Source: Chiloscyllium plagiosum
Taxonomy: Eukaryota
Direction: 5' to 3'
NCBI RefSeq assembly: GCF_004010195.1
Contig: NC_057735.1
Coordinates: forward strand, 11,411,577 to 11,475,576
Length of the DNA: 64,000 nt
How positions within the stretch are numbered: the first letter of the stretch is position 1; each line of letters begins with the position of its first letter. A program made the translations under genes and the position numbers. The notes below the pieces were generated by a model. It was not told the DNA's origin. It searched no databases and saw only the letters and a list, made by a program, of their open reading frames with translations. Shown piece after piece: positions 62,197 through 64,000 of the stretch.

Positions 62197-63862
62197 TCAA
62201 AGTTTGTGAGAAGATTTGTAGCTCGGGGGCTCGTTGCTGTGGTTCTGTTCGCCGAGCTGAGAATTTGTGTTGCAGACATTTCGTCCCCTGTCTAGGTGAC
62301 ATACTCAGTGCTTGGGAGCCTCCTGTGAAGCGCTTCTGTGATCTCTCCTCCGGCATTTATAGTGGTTTGTCTCTGCAGCTTCCAGTTGTCAGTTCCAGCT
62401 GTCCGCTGCAGTGGTCAGTAATTTGGGTCCAGGTCGATGTGTTTGTTGATAGAATCTGTGGATGAGTGCCATGCCTCTAGGAATTCCCTGGCTGTTCTCT
62501 GTTTGGCTTGTCCGAAAATAGTAGTGTTGTCCCAGTAGGACCCATGTTACTTGTCATCTGCGTGTGTGGCTACTAAGGATAGCTGGTCATGTCATTTCGT
62601 GGCTAGTTGGTGTTCATGGATATGAATCGTTAGCTGTCTTCCTGTTTGTCCTATGTAGTGTTTTGTGCAGTCCTTGCATNNNNNNNNNNNNNNNNNNNNN
62701 NNNNNNNNNNNNNNNNNNNNNNNNNNNNNNNNNNNNNNNNNNNNNNNNNNNNNNNNNNNNNNNNNNNNNNNNNNNNNNNNNNNNNNNNNNNNNNNNNNNN
62801 NNNNNNNNNNNNNNNNNNNNNNNNNNGCATCTGCATGGACGTGTGTGTTGGGGACATGTCTGCATGCTTTCGTAGTTCAGGACGTGGTCTGTGTGTGTGG
62901 CTTTCCTGTGTACCTTTGTGGTGAATTCTCCGTTCGGTGTTCTCTGTACCATCACGTCTAGGAATGGGAGTTGGTTGTCCTTTTCTTCCTCTCTAGTGAA
63001 TTGGATTCCTGTGAGTGTGGTGTTGATGATCCGTTGTGTGTTTTCTATTTCTGTGTTTTTAATGATTACAAAGGTAATCTTAGTACGACCACTAGGACTC
63101 ATAGAGTCCTCGTGGCATAGAGTACAATCGGTGAGTGGGGGAGGGCTGAAGGTGATAGGTCAGGGTCTGGGGGAGGGTGGAGTGGATAGGTGTAAAAGAA
63201 GATAAGCGGGTAGGACAAGTCATGGGGACAGTGCTGAGCTGGAAGTTTGGAAGTGGGGTGAGGTGGGGGAAGGGGAAATGAGGAAACTGTTGAAGTCCAC
63301 ATTGATGCCCTGGGGTTGAAGTGTTCTGAGGCGGAAGATGAGGCGTTCTTCCTCCAGGCGTCTGGTGGTGAGGGAGCGGCAGTGAAGGAGGCCCAGGACC
63401 TCCATTTCCTCGGCAGAATGGGCGGGGGAATTGAAATGTTGGGCCACAGGGCAGTGTGGTTGATTGGTGCGGGTGTCCTGGAGATGTTCCCCAAACGCGC
63501 TCTGATTCAACACAAGGAATTCCGTGTTGAAAATCGAGCTTGAGATCACAAATTACAAGGCTATAATCATGAACTAGGAGGTGTTATTTGATTAAATATT
63601 TTCTTTCCTGATTCTCAGGCAGATATCAACCATTGATCATTATCATATTCCAATAAGTGTTCCGAGGCGGAAGATGAAGCGTTCTTCCTCCAGGCGTCTG
63701 GTGGTGACGGAGCGGCAGTGAAGGAGCCCAGGACCTCCATGTCCTCCAGAATGGTGGGTGGGGGAGTTGAAATGTTGGGCCACAGGGCGGTGTGGTTGAT
63801 GTCACCTAGACAGGGGACGAAACGTCTGCAACACAAATTCTCAGCTCGGCGAACAGAACCAC
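62197..63862 (-). mobile_element. Composite Penelope-like insertion (RT and GIY-YIG fragments, inverted pLTR) in intron 1 of copy D
   Basis: IQFTREEE..NQLPFLDV...HRKATHTD; VAQHFNS..H....M.VLGL...RRLEE..LIFRL.TLQP.GIN; inverted ~65 bp at 62235-62301 and 63799-63862; 16-bp duplication GACAGAGAAAAACAGT. Confidence 0.88.
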
Positions 63863-64000
63863 GACAGAGAAAAACAGTGAAACAAAGGGAGGAATTTCCC
63901 TCCCCTGAGCTTCATTCATCTTCCCAACATCAAAGATCAGTGTAAATGGAAAATATAAATCAATCGTATGGTCACGAGTCTCCCCTTGAAGCACTGACTG

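Overview
Repeat-rich eukaryotic genomic DNA, most likely from an elasmobranch (shark): it carries HE1-type V-SINEs, CR1/HER1-like LINEs and Penelope-like elements. The backbone is a + strand tandem cluster of CD300/pIgR-like (CMRF35-like) single-IgV receptor genes at different stages of decay. (A) The 3' half of a membrane receptor: TM exon 9280-9386 plus three cytoplasmic exons to 16777, carrying NPxY/YxxM and YxxI-x6-YxxI (ITIM/ITAM-like) motifs. (A') An orphan stalk exon at 24342. (B) A pseudogene at ~27.1-39.3 kb. (C) An apparently intact leader plus V gene at 47583-49307, with a deleted first stalk exon, a ~30x21-bp mucin-like repeat and no visible TM exon. (D) The promoter and leader of a further copy at 61047. 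Also present are a 6.7-kb 37-bp satellite, a near full-length CR1, Penelope RT/GIY-YIG fragments, many short fold-back Penelope-derived elements with minimal hammerhead-ribozyme cores and 11-16 bp target duplications, and a Gypsy provirus remnant/solo-LTR pair at the same promoter position in copies C and D. Exon structures were derived by hand from splice signals and phase compatibility; there is no expression evidence. TE boundaries are approximate.
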